Positions 21,406 to 32,130 of a stretch of 64,000 nt of DNA are shown here, piece after piece. Both the position numbers and the translations under genes were made by a program. The notes under the pieces are model-generated. The model was not told the origin of the DNA. It did no database searches and saw only the letters and a list, made by a program, of their open reading frames with translations. The first letter of the stretch is position 1, and every line of letters begins with the position of its first letter. Origin of the DNA: an uncultured Alphaproteobacteria bacterium (GTDB lineage: Bacteria; Pseudomonadota; Alphaproteobacteria; Rhizobiales; Xanthobacteraceae); contig CAVPLO010000004.1 of NCBI GenBank assembly GCA_963706265.1, forward strand, positions 1,171,458 through 1,235,457, in the 5' to 3' direction.

Positions 21406-21570
21406 TGCGGCGAATTTGAAGTTCCTATCAGTGGTTGCAGCGGGTTCGTCATAGGAACTTCAAATTCAAGGCCGCTACTCAAATCAATAAGTTACTAGAG
21501 CTCCTTTGATTCCGAAGTTCGCATCAGAGGTTGCCGCGATATCATGCGAACTTCGGAATCGGAGCTCTAG
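21402..21570 (+). mobile_element. Twin bulged-hairpin element, CD subtype
   Basis: CTAGTGCGGC-GAATTTGAAGTTCCTAT hairpin, linker AATCAATAAGTTA, CTAGAGCTCC-TTT-GATTCCGAAGTTCGCAT hairpin; identical inverted copy at 34793-34961. Confidence 0.85.
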
Positions 21571-21665
21571 AGCATGATCCGGAAAAGTGTGTAGCGGTTT
21601 TCCGAAATCTCAATCAAAGAACCAAAGCGCGATGACGATTTCCATCAAATCTCATCGCGCTTTAG
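21567..21665 (+). repeat. RIME/Bru-RS/CIR-like alphaproteobacterial palindromic repeat (E)
   Basis: ctagagcatgatccggaaaagtgtgtagcggttttccga...aaagcgcgatga...tcatcgcgctttag; related inverted copy near 38318-38438. Confidence 0.7.
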
Positions 21666-21824
21666 TACCCGAGCGACGATCTTCAACAGGTAACGGCCGT
21701 TTCAAAGCCTTCGCCTCATCCCTTGGGGCTCAGATCGCTGTTGCCGTCCCCGCAGCCCACAGAATCATTTATAATGGTTCGTGCAGCGATTTGGGTTGCG
21801 TAAGGGAACCAGAGGGGGCGCGAT

Positions 21825-22034
21825 GTGGCTGATTTTATCGTATTAAAGCGACCGGGACCGCCTTCAAGGGAAGTCCTGGTAAACCTCGACGAAGTCTTGA
21901 TGGTCCAGCCCGGACAGAACACCGGATCGGCGATCCTGTTCGGCAAGGACCATCTGGTAAATTTCGAAGAGGACTTGCCGACCGTGATCCGCCGAATCCA
22001 GAAGGGTCCCTATGTACGAACCGATCAGGGCTAG
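21825..22034 (+). CDS. 69-aa hypothetical protein, FlbD/SwrD-like pattern
   Basis: GTG start after GAGGGG; FIVLKR...VLVNLDEVLMVQ...EEDLPTVIRRI; stop TAG lies within CTAG. Confidence 0.6.
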   Translation: MADFIVLKRPGPPSREVLVNLDEVLMVQPGQNTGSAILFGKDHLVNFEEDLPTVIRRIQKGPYVRTDQG

Positions 22035-22035
22035 G

Positions 22036-22113
22036 CCAGTGGAGCGGATTTGACATTCGCTACCGCCTAGCCGCGAGTTCAGAAAGCGAATGTCAAATCC
22101 AAAACTCCACTAG
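22036..22113 (+). repeat. Single A-type bulged hairpin
   Basis: ccagtggagcggatttgacattcgc...gcgaatgtcaaatcc-aaa-actccactag. Confidence 0.8.
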
Positions 22114-22224
22114 AGAAAGCGCTTAAGAGAAATGGCGGAGAGATTGGAAGATTCGTTTGATCGAAGAACAAAATCAGACTGGAGCGATCTTTATCCCGGT
22201 ATTTCCAACTAAGGCCGGTGGTTA

Positions 22225-22331
22225 TGGATTCCGGGCTCACGCTTCGCGTGCCCCGGAATGACGGATAGATTTGCGATGCGCTTTCAGGCGTCATTCCGGG
22301 ACGCGCCCTTTTGGCGCGGGCCCGGAATCCA
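22225..22331. repeat. REP-like doublet (ggattccggg...cccggaatgacg family)
   Basis: Two inverted GC-rich palindromes; related unit at ~23478-23540. Confidence 0.65.
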
Positions 22332-22333
22332 GC

Positions 22334-22363
22334 AAAAAGCCCGGCACCAGGCCGGGCTTTTTT
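22334..22363. terminator. Bidirectional intrinsic terminator
   Basis: aaaaagcccggc-acca-ggccgggcttttt downstream of the SH3 gene. Confidence 0.7.
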
Positions 22364-22369
22364 CATCGT

Positions 22370-23299
22370 TTAGCGTTGTTGGGGGCCGTGACCTCCGCCA
22401 CGGGCCGGACCGCCGCCAACGTGGGGCGCGGCGTTGATGTGCGGCGCGCCGCCACCGGGATGTGGCATCGCCATCGCGGGCGCCGCGCGCGGCGCCGGGG
22501 TCTGCGCACGCGCGCTCATCGGCGAACCGCGGCCGACATTCGGCCGGGCGACATGCGTCATGGCGGGGCGGCCGGCCGGCGCAGCGGAAAAGCGCGGCGC
22601 TTGACGCGCTGTTGCCGCACGCGGTTGCATGCGCGCATTGGCGCGGGCAGCGCCTCTCTCATGGCCCATAGGCTGATGACCCATGCGCTCGTGGCCCACG
22701 CGGGCCTGCGCCGCAGCCTCACGTCCGCGCGTCTCTCGCGCGCCGCGGAACTGAGCAGCGTTCCGCTCGCGCGTCGGCCGTTCTGCCATGCCGGCGCGCG
22801 GCGTTCGTCCTTCGCCAATCGCGGCGTTTCCGTTACGGGTTGCTGCGCGACCGATGCGGGCTGCCGACCTATTGATCGTCAGCCGCGTTGCGGCACGCTC
22901 ATGCGACGTCCAGTAGTTGTTCCAATAGGCCCGGCGGTGATACCAGGGTCGTCCCGAATAGTAGCTTGACCAGTACGAACTCAACACGAACGGAACGATG
23001 GGCACGTCGATTTCATCGACATAGTCGGGAAGATAGACGTAACTGTTGCGGTAGAGATATTCGAGGTATTGCGAAGATACCCAGCCGCGGTCGCCGGACC
23101 AGCTGACGTCGCACCAGGCGTCGCCCCTCAGACATCCGTGGACGTTGACGCGAGAACCGCCGGGAATGCGATCGACCACCGGAAAGCCGGGGCCGGGACC
23201 GGCCCTCAAGCCCGCCGACTCCGTGACGATGCCGGGCGCCGCGAGCGCGGCGGTCGGCGCCAGCAGCAATGCTGCTGTCAGGACTGCTTTGAGTTTCAT
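22370..23299 (-). CDS. Secreted SH3b-domain protein with long Arg/Ala/Pro/Gly low-complexity tail
   Basis: Signal peptide; LRAGPG.GFPVV..IP.G..V.V.GC...WC.V...G.RGWVS; YW..YY.GRPWY. Confidence 0.82.
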   Translation of the reverse strand: MKLKAVLTAALLLAPTAALAAPGIVTESAGLRAGPGPGFPVVDRIPGGSRVNVHGCLRGDAWCDVSWSGDRGWVSSQYLEYLYRNSYVYLPDYVDEIDVPIVPFVLSSYWSSYYSGRPWYHRRAYWNNYWTSHERAATRLTINRSAARIGRAATRNGNAAIGEGRTPRAGMAERPTRERNAAQFRGARETRGREAAAQARVGHERMGHQPMGHERGAARANARMQPRAATARQAPRFSAAPAGRPAMTHVARPNVGRGSPMSARAQTPAPRAAPAMAMPHPGGGAPHINAAPHVGGGPARGGGHGPQQR

Positions 23300-23576
23300 G
23301 ACACGTTCCTCCTTCAATGCGCAACGTCTGGCCGGTGCGAGCGTTCCGGGTTAGATCGTCGCATGCGCCGAAATGTTGGGGTGACCAGGTGGATCAGCAC
23401 CTGCGGCGTCGGCCGTTCATTCACCGTTCATGTGCGAGGGCTGGCCGCATCAGAGTGGCCATGAGCAATTGGAGGAATGGATTCTCCGATGTGCAATTGC
23501 ACATCGTAGTTCACGCTTCGCGTGCCCCGGAACGACGACGAATGGTATCGCGGGGCTCGCCGCGCGGCTCCAAAAC

Positions 23577-23606
23577 AAAAACCCCGGCATCGCTGCCGGG
23601 GTTTTG
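23577..23606 (-). terminator. Intrinsic terminator after groEL
   Basis: aaaaaccccggca-tcgc-tgccggggtttt. Confidence 0.75.
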
Positions 23607-23684
23607 CGTTTCGTATTCGTTGAGGTCCCGGCTTCTCGCGGAGCGGCATGAAAAATGCCGCACCGCGTCCGGGACAAGGCAGGA

Positions 23685-25352
<1,668 letters not shown>

Positions 25353-25359
25353 CTAAACT

Positions 25360-25463
25360 CCTCGTCCCGAGGAGCCCGCCCCTTGCGGGCGTCTCGAAGG
25401 ACGAGATGGGTTCAGTGGCCTCATCCTTCGAGACGCCGGCGTTGCCGGCTCCTCAGGATGAGG
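25360..25463. repeat. REP-like palindromic doublet between groES and groEL
   Basis: cctcgtcccgaggagc...gtctcgaagga / tccttcgagacg...gctcctcaggatgagg inverted repeat. Confidence 0.65.
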
Positions 25464-25470
25464 AAGCGGC

Positions 25471-25788
25471 TTAAGCGGCCTTCTTCTTGCTGGCGGGGAC
25501 GTCGGTGAGGACGCCCATGATGTCGCTCTCCTTCATGATCAGGAGATCTTCGCCATCGATCTTGACTTCGGTGCCCGACCACTTGCCGAACAGAACGCGG
25601 TCGCCGACCTTGATGTCGATCGGGATCAGCTTGCCGGCCTCGTCGCGGCCGCCCGGACCGACGGCAGTGACTTCGCCCTGGGAGGGCTTTTCCTTGGCCG
25701 TATCCGGAATGATGATGCCGCCTGCGGTCTTCTCTTCGGCGTCGATGCGCTTGACCACGACGCGGTCGTGAAGCGGACGGAATTTCAT
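25471..25788 (-). CDS. groES: Co-chaperonin GroES
   Basis: [27 protein letters not shown]. Confidence 0.99.
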   Translation of the reverse strand: MKFRPLHDRVVVKRIDAEEKTAGGIIIPDTAKEKPSQGEVTAVGPGGRDEAGKLIPIDIKVGDRVLFGKWSGTEVKIDGEDLLIMKESDIMGVLTDVPASKKKAA

Positions 25789-25831
25789 GCAGTCCTCCTA
25801 AGATTTTGAAGATGTTTAGAATTTCGGAAAA

Positions 25832-25858
25832 TTGGCAATCACCGGCGGCGAGTGCCAA
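25832..25858. promoter_or_regulatory. CIRCE element 1 (HrcA operator)
   Basis: TTGGCAATC-N9-GAGTGCCAA vs consensus TTAGCACTC-N9-GAGTGCTAA. Confidence 0.8.
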
Positions 25859-25917
25859 GCTCGCAAAACGGAGATAATCCAGAGTTGTGACGGGGACAAG
25901 GCCCTTTAGCAGAAAAA

Positions 25918-25944
25918 TTGGCACTCAAATGAGGCCGCTGCCAA
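25918..25944. promoter_or_regulatory. CIRCE-like element 2
   Basis: TTGGCACTC-N9-CGCTGCCAA. Confidence 0.7.
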
Positions 25945-26059
25945 TTTCTTCGCACAGCGTTAATCCTGGCGCGGCGGTTCAGAAGTCCGCATCATTTCTG
26001 CCGCGGGGTCGCCACGCGGACTTCCGAGCCAAAGGCCGCGCCGCAGCGGCCGGCCCATG

Positions 26060-26086
26060 TTAGCAGGCTCGCTAAGTGGCTGCTAA
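26060..26086. promoter_or_regulatory. CIRCE-like element 3, usg-proximal
   Basis: TTAGCAGGC-N9-GGCTGCTAA. Confidence 0.55.
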
Positions 26087-26229
26087 TGAAGCCTTTTTCA
26101 ACACATCGTTAAACATTTAGGCTTGTGATGGGTTGTTCGCGTGCGTCACATTTCTCTCATGTGAGTGCATCTCGACTCAGGGTGACTCCAGTCACCTCGG
26201 CGGCAATGCACTCCTAAATGGAGGTTGGC

Positions 26230-26514
26230 ATGGTCTCGCGGGTTGGTGTTTCCGAAGACTTCCGGAAACAGGTGCTGGGTTATGGGCTGACGACGGCGGA
26301 AATTCTTTACCGGATGCCGGATCATCCCTCGTTGCTGCAAACCTATGTCTGGCAGAATTACGATCTGTTTCCGAAATTTCCGGCGCTGCGTGACTTCCTG
26401 AGTTTCTGGCAGGCCAAGTTGGAAGGGCCGCTTTATTCAGTCCGTGTCGCGCACTCCAAGCTGATCAAGCCCGCCGAACTGCGTTCGGTCGACGGCGTAT
26501 TCCGCCTGCATTGA
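26230..26514 (+). CDS. usg: Usg family protein
   Basis: GYGLTTAEILYRMPDHPSLLQTYVWQ...LEGPLYSVRVAH; GGAGG RBS. Confidence 0.9.
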   Translation: MVSRVGVSEDFRKQVLGYGLTTAEILYRMPDHPSLLQTYVWQNYDLFPKFPALRDFLSFWQAKLEGPLYSVRVAHSKLIKPAELRSVDGVFRLH

Positions 26515-26520
26515 GTTCTA

Positions 26521-26602
26521 CGTCATTGCGAGCGAAGCGAAGCAATCCAGAGTGGCTTGCATGATTCTGGATTGCTTCGTCACTGCGCTCCTCGCAATGA
26601 CG
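26521..26602. repeat. REP-like palindrome (cgtcattgcgag...ctcgcaatgacg family), copy 1
   Basis: Same family at 39364-39447 and 46370-46452. Confidence 0.8.
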
Positions 26603-26687
26603 GCATGGCGCTCGTTTCCCCCGGACGACCAGCACCCGTTGTGATATGCTTTGCTCTCCTGATTTTCAGGGAAGGGAGAGAACAGAG

Positions 26688-27242
26688 ATGGCCAAGAAGA
26701 AATCAAAGAAGCCGGCCGGACGCGCCGCCGCGACCAGAAAGGCCGCGCAAAAGAAATCGTCCAAAACATCGACGCGCAAGACGCCTGCCAAATCCACCGC
26801 GCGCCGAAAGCTCAAGAGCAAGGGCAGGGCGGCGACGGCCGTCAAGCGCTCTCGGCCGAAGCAGCGCGTCGCCATCAGCCATTACCGCGACGAGGATTTC
26901 AAAGCCGACGGCCTGCGCACATACGCCCACTACCGCGACCTCGGCGTCGCCGAAGCAAGCTCGGGCGTGGCGCGGGCGCATGTCATCCGTCTGATCGGGC
27001 CGTGCGAGCCGGACGTCGTTTCAAAGCTGCATTTCCACGACGTCGATTTCCAGATGGTTTACGTCCTCAAGGGTTGGGTGAAGACCTATATGGAAGGCGT
27101 TGGCGAGACGACGTTCAGCGCGGGAAGTTCCTGGACCCAGCCGTCGCGCATCAAACACTTCATCATGGATTATTCCGACGACGTCGAGTTGCTCGAGGTG
27201 ATCCTGCCGGCCGACTTCAAGACCGTCGAACTGGCGGTGTAA
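26688..27242 (+). CDS. Cupin-domain protein with Lys/Ala-rich N-terminal tail
   Basis: GLRTYAHYRDLG, HFHDVDFQMVYVLKGW, IKH. Confidence 0.82.
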   Translation: MAKKKSKKPAGRAAATRKAAQKKSSKTSTRKTPAKSTARRKLKSKGRAATAVKRSRPKQRVAISHYRDEDFKADGLRTYAHYRDLGVAEASSGVARAHVIRLIGPCEPDVVSKLHFHDVDFQMVYVLKGWVKTYMEGVGETTFSAGSSWTQPSRIKHFIMDYSDDVELLEVILPADFKTVELAV

Positions 27243-27339
27243 CTGTTGGCGGCGGTCGCGAACCACGCCGGAATGCCATGCACGGCTTCTCCCCTGCGGA
27301 CGTTGACATTGAAACCCTCGTCAGTCACCGATCACCATT

Positions 27340-28563
27340 ATGTCTTCACTCACGCCGGTAAGTGCCGGCACGTTGCTCCGGCAACCCTCATTTCTCTTCT
27401 TTCTGCTGTCGCGAAGCCTGACGCGATTTGCCAGCCAGATCGGCGCGGTCGCGATCGGCTGGCAGATCTACGATCTCACCGGCAGCGCTTTCGATCTCGG
27501 CATGGTCGGGCTGGTGCAGTTTTTGCCGACCGCGCTCCTGGTGTTTGTCGCAGGGCACACGGCCGACAAGTTCGAGCGCAAGCGCGTGGTGCAGCTTTGC
27601 CAGTTGGCGGAAGCCTTAACCGCGCTGTTTCTGTGCTGGGGTGCCTATGGCGGCTGGCTCACGGCGAGCCACATCTACATCGCGACCTTCGTGCTGGGGA
27701 TGGCGGGCGCGTTCGAAAGCCCGACGATCGCAGCGCTGCTGCCGCTGATTGCGCCGCAAGGTTCGCTGCAGCGCGCGACCGCGCTGTCGAGTGCCGCGGC
27801 TCAAGTGGCGACCATCACCGGCCCTGCGCTCGGCGGCATCGCCTATGCATTCGCGCCGGGTTTGCCCTATGGCCTCATGCTGGTGTTCTGGCTTCTCAGC
27901 GCGGTGCTGACCGGCGGCATCAGGGTTACCGAACCTGAGGCGGCCCCGGACGCGGCAACGGCAGACGATATTTTTGCCGGCGTCCGCTTCATTCGCAACA
28001 ATTCCGCCATCCTCGGCACGATCTCGCTCGACCTGTTCGCGGTGCTGTTTGGCGGGGTGACCGCGCTGTTGCCGATCTATGCGCGCGATATCCTGATGGC
28101 CGGCCCGTTCGGCCTCGGCATCCTAAGGGCTGCGCCCGCCGTCGGCGCGCTGCTCATGACCACGATCCTGGCGCGCCATGCCATCGACCGCCGGGTGGGA
28201 TTGCGGATGTTCCAGGCGGTGATCGTGTTTGGCGTCGCGACCGTCGTGTTCGCACTGTCGCACTGGATGTGGCTGTCGGTGCTGGCGCTGGCCGTTCTCG
28301 GCGCGGCCGATACGGTCAGCGTCGTGATCCGCTTCTCGCTGGTGCAGCTGTCGACGCCGAACGACATGCGCGGCCGCGTCGGCGCGGTGAATTTCCTGTT
28401 CATCAATGCGTCGAACTATCTCGGCCAGTTCGAGAGCGGGGTGGCGGCCGCGCTGCTCGGCACCGTGGCCTCGGCTGTGCTCGGCGGCGTCGCCACCGTC
28501 GCCATCGCGCTGATGTGGATGAAGCTCTTCCCGACGCTGCGCGAGGTGGAGAAGCTGGAATAG
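27340..28563 (+). CDS. MFS transporter (EntS/DHA3-like)
   Basis: 12 TM pattern, GHTADKFERKR, MRGRVGAVN. Confidence 0.9.
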   Translation: MSSLTPVSAGTLLRQPSFLFFLLSRSLTRFASQIGAVAIGWQIYDLTGSAFDLGMVGLVQFLPTALLVFVAGHTADKFERKRVVQLCQLAEALTALFLCWGAYGGWLTASHIYIATFVLGMAGAFESPTIAALLPLIAPQGSLQRATALSSAAAQVATITGPALGGIAYAFAPGLPYGLMLVFWLLSAVLTGGIRVTEPEAAPDAATADDIFAGVRFIRNNSAILGTISLDLFAVLFGGVTALLPIYARDILMAGPFGLGILRAAPAVGALLMTTILARHAIDRRVGLRMFQAVIVFGVATVVFALSHWMWLSVLALAVLGAADTVSVVIRFSLVQLSTPNDMRGRVGAVNFLFINASNYLGQFESGVAAALLGTVASAVLGGVATVAIALMWMKLFPTLREVEKLE

Positions 28564-28593
28564 GCCTGACCTCGCCCGCAACCGTGGCGCGAT

Positions 28594-30388
28594 TCATTTT
28601 CGCACGCGCCAGACCGAAATCGTATCAGTGGGATCGGGAGAAAGCCGCTCCAGAAAGTCAGGCACCTCGCCACGGTCGAGCCGCGCCTCCAGTCCATCCG
28701 GAGCGAGCTTGATGATGTTCAGATCGTGCGTTGTTGCGCAGGTCACCACGTAGTCGACTTTGCGGTCCGACAATACCTTCCGCGCCGTGGGCAAGGGCGC
28801 CATCATCAGCTTGAGCAGGGCGGAGTTGCCGTCGTTGTTGCGATGGTAGGGGGCGGCAAAAACCTCGTCCGCCGTTTCGGCAAGGATCGCCGGTCCGAGA
28901 TCGACCGGCGCCATCACGCGTCCCTTCGGAAGTCGGTTCAGGGAAGCCGCATCCGACATGCTCCGGCACGATGGCGCAGCAGGAATAACCGGTGGCTTGA
29001 CGATCACGTCGAGCATCGGCTTGGCAAAGAGCCCCATGGCGGAAAGGCTGACGGGCGACGCAAGGACCGACAAGACAAACAGGTTTCGCGCAGAAGCAAG
29101 CGTCGGCCATAGCACAGCGAGAACTCGCGGCAAAGAGCGGCGCCGCCACCATCGAGGCCCCAGCGGCGCCCCGCATCTCCCACACGCTTGTTCCGATCAG
29201 CGCGGCCAGCGTGACGATGCCGACAATCCAGCGAAACGTCTCTGGCGGAGGGGACCGCCTTAGCGCCATCAAGCCGACTACCAGCGTCAGGATTGGAAGG
29301 CCGTAATAGGCAGGAATATTCTCCGGAAAAAGATGCAGCATTCTGGTGAATGAGATCGCTTCCGCGACGTTATTCACCCACAACTGCACGACGATCGGGT
29401 CGAGGTGCGCGAAGGGCGATGCGATGCACCCCGAATACAACAAGAGGAACGCGCCGACCAAAACGATTGCCAACACCGCTCCGCTCACGATGCGCATGCG
29501 CAGGGTTGGCCGGTAGCGATCAATTGCGACCATGACCATCAAGCTCACGCCGCCGCCGATGGCCAGCAGCAGGACCGGTCCCCCGAAAGCGTCACACACC
29601 TGCGCGCCAAGCGAAGAGATTGGAATCAATGCCGGCGCGAGCAGCAGCGACGATCCCGCCAGGCCAGCCCCGAAGGCGCCCACCTGACGCGCGACCGGTG
29701 CGCCGCGCCAGACCAAGAGGCCGAATACCGCGACACCTACCGCGGCGAGGGCAGGCAGCATCTCGAGGCCGATTGCGAGCGACAGCGACACAAACAGCCC
29801 GCCCAGCGCAGCCTTCACCGCGCTCCGCTCGAGCTGTGCCGTCATCAAGACCAGCGCGAGCAACAAATCGATCTGCGCATTGTGGTGATCGATCGCGCCG
29901 GCCCGGAAATGGACGAGGGCCGGAAGGGCCAGCACGGCGAGCACCGCTGCCGCGATTTGCGCGCTGATGTTGGTGGTCAACTGCCTGGCGATTGCCGCGA
30001 CCAGCGCCAACGCGACGGCAAACAGCAGCGCCGGCCAGAAATACAGGGTCACCGTTTCCGCGCCGTGCGTTCCGAGCAGCGGCCTCAGCACAAGGATCAA
30101 CCCGGCCAGTGGCGCGTCAATGACGCGCGACCAGTGCATCAGCATGCCAGGCGGATCCAGTCGGTACTGGAACAGGTCGAACCAGCCTTGCCCGCCGATC
30201 AGGTCGCGAACCTCGACCAGCCGCATGGCATCATCGGTGGACAGGGCATCGAACACGCCGCCGTGGATCGCGGGCAACGCAAGCCTGACCGATGCAGCTA
30301 TAAACAGTAACGATATCAGGATGACTGGATACGCGCCGACGCGGCCTCTCTGCGGTGCGTAACCTGCGGTCGAACTGAGGTCAGACAT
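28594..30388 (-). CDS. Polytopic GT-C-type membrane glycosyltransferase-like protein (frameshift at ~29123, probably an artefact)
   Basis: STDDAMRL, MHWSRVID, IDHHN motifs; second frame gives APYHRN and VDYVVTC. Confidence 0.65.
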
Positions 30389-30447
30389 GGTTTCCGTGTC
30401 GCTGGTGCTGGACGGGAATCGCCGTCGCGCCAGGCGACCTTACGACG

Positions 30448-31215
30448 CTAGCCCCGCCCGACGAACGGCATCTTGCTTGCCATGACAGTCATGAACAGAA
30501 CGTTGGCATCGAGCGGCAAACCGGCCATATAGGCGACCGCGTCGCCGACCGCTCTGGAGTCCATCCGCGGCTCCGGCATCTTGCGGCCGTCTGGCTGCAA
30601 TACGCCATCGACCATGCGGTCGGTCATCGGCGTTGCAGCATTGCCGATGTCGATCTGGCCGACCGCGATGTCGTAGGCGCGGCCATCGAGGTTGGTGGCC
30701 TTGGTAAGCCCGGTGATGGCGTGCTTGGTCGAGGTGTAGGGCGCGGAAAACGGCCGCGGCGCGTGCGCCGAAATCGAGCCATTGTTGATGATGCGGCCGC
30801 CACGCGGGGTCTGGTCCTTCATGATGCGAAAGGCGTGCTGCGTGCACAGGAAAGCCGCGGTGAGGTTGGTGGAGACGACCGCCTGCCACTGCGAGAGGCT
30901 CAAATCCTCAAACGGCATCGCGGGTGTTCCCATGCCGGCATTGTTGAACAGCAAATCGAGCCGGCCGTAGGCGTCCATCGCCTTGGCGAACAGGGCGGCG
31001 ATCGAGCCGGCATCGGTCATGTCGGAGGAGACGGCGAGGCTTTTGCCGGGAACGCCGAGGCTCGCGGTTTCCTGCAGCTTCTCCACGCGCCGCCCGGCCA
31101 GCACGACGGTAAAACCCGTGTTCATCAGCGCCAGCGACGCCGCCCGGCCAACCCCGGTCCCGGCGCCGGTCACGATGGCGATCTTGTTCTTATTCTTGTC
31201 CTTGGCCTCGGTCAT
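30448..31215 (-). CDS. SDR family oxidoreductase
   Basis: [17 protein letters not shown]. Confidence 0.92.
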   Translation of the reverse strand: MTEAKDKNKNKIAIVTGAGTGVGRAASLALMNTGFTVVLAGRRVEKLQETASLGVPGKSLAVSSDMTDAGSIAALFAKAMDAYGRLDLLFNNAGMGTPAMPFEDLSLSQWQAVVSTNLTAAFLCTQHAFRIMKDQTPRGGRIINNGSISAHAPRPFSAPYTSTKHAITGLTKATNLDGRAYDIAVGQIDIGNAATPMTDRMVDGVLQPDGRKMPEPRMDSRAVGDAVAYMAGLPLDANVLFMTVMASKMPFVGRG

Positions 31216-31238
31216 TTGTTTCCTGCCTTTTTGGTGCT

Positions 31239-31994
31239 TCAGGTTGTCGGTTTTTCGGACTTGTAGGGCGGTCGCGGGATATTCTGGTGCGCGGCCCGCA
31301 ACGCCGCCGACCAGCGCGAACGCAGGTCGTGGAAGTAGGGCTCGCCCGCCTCGATGCGGTGGTTGAGGTCGGCCTCGCAGACGTCCGAGCGCACCACCAG
31401 CACGTCGATGGGCAGACCGACGCCGAGGTTGGAGCGCATGGTGGAGTCCATCGAGATCAGGCCGCTCTTGAGCGCCTCGTAAAGCTCGACGTCATAGTGC
31501 ATGGCGCGGTCAAGCACCGGCTTGCCGTATTTGTGCTCGCCGATCTGCAGGTAGGGCGTATCGGTGGTGCATTCGATGAAGTTGCCGGCCGGATAGATCA
31601 TGAACAGCCGCATCCGCGCGCCCTTGATCTGGCCGCCGAACAGAAACGAGACGTCGAAATTGATGTCTTCCGACTGCAGCGCGGTGCCTTCGGTGGCGTG
31701 AACGGAGCGGATCGCCCGCCCGATGCGCTGGGCCGCCTGGAACATGGTCGGCGCGTTGAGCAGCGTCTCGAGTTCGCCGGTGTCGGCGTTTTCCATGCCC
31801 TCGGTCAGGGTCGACAGCACCGACTGGCTGATGGCGAGGTTACCGGCACTGGCTATCGCCAGGATACGCTCGCCCGGCTTGGAAAAGATATGCAGCTTGC
31901 GGAATGTCGAAACGTTGTCGAGCCCGGCATTGGTGCGGGTGTCGGCGATCATGACGAGCCCGTCCCGTACCAATATTCCGCAGCAATAGGTCAT
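31239..31994 (-). CDS. Proteasome-type protease (Anbu)
   Basis: N-terminal Thr after Met (MTYC), [29 protein letters not shown]. Confidence 0.9.
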   Translation of the reverse strand: MTYCCGILVRDGLVMIADTRTNAGLDNVSTFRKLHIFSKPGERILAIASAGNLAISQSVLSTLTEGMENADTGELETLLNAPTMFQAAQRIGRAIRSVHATEGTALQSEDINFDVSFLFGGQIKGARMRLFMIYPAGNFIECTTDTPYLQIGEHKYGKPVLDRAMHYDVELYEALKSGLISMDSTMRSNLGVGLPIDVLVVRSDVCEADLNHRIEAGEPYFHDLRSRWSAALRAAHQNIPRPPYKSEKPTT

Positions 31995-32130
31995 TCCCGG
32001 TCCCCTTGGATAGCCCGGGAATTTCTAGCAATTTCGCCCCACACGTCCAACCCCAATCGGGAAAGGGCGCACCGGCGTTTTCCGCGGCTTCCGGGATGTT
32101 TCGCCCAAGGGCGGACATCCCGGCCGAATC

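Noticed and set aside
21418-21461. Engineered FRT scar
   Set aside because: The spacer is 22 nt and variable rather than the FRT core, and it is embedded in a natural repeat family.
21238-21665. CRISPR array
   Set aside because: Units are different long palindromes, not identical direct repeats with unique constant-length spacers; no cas genes in the window.
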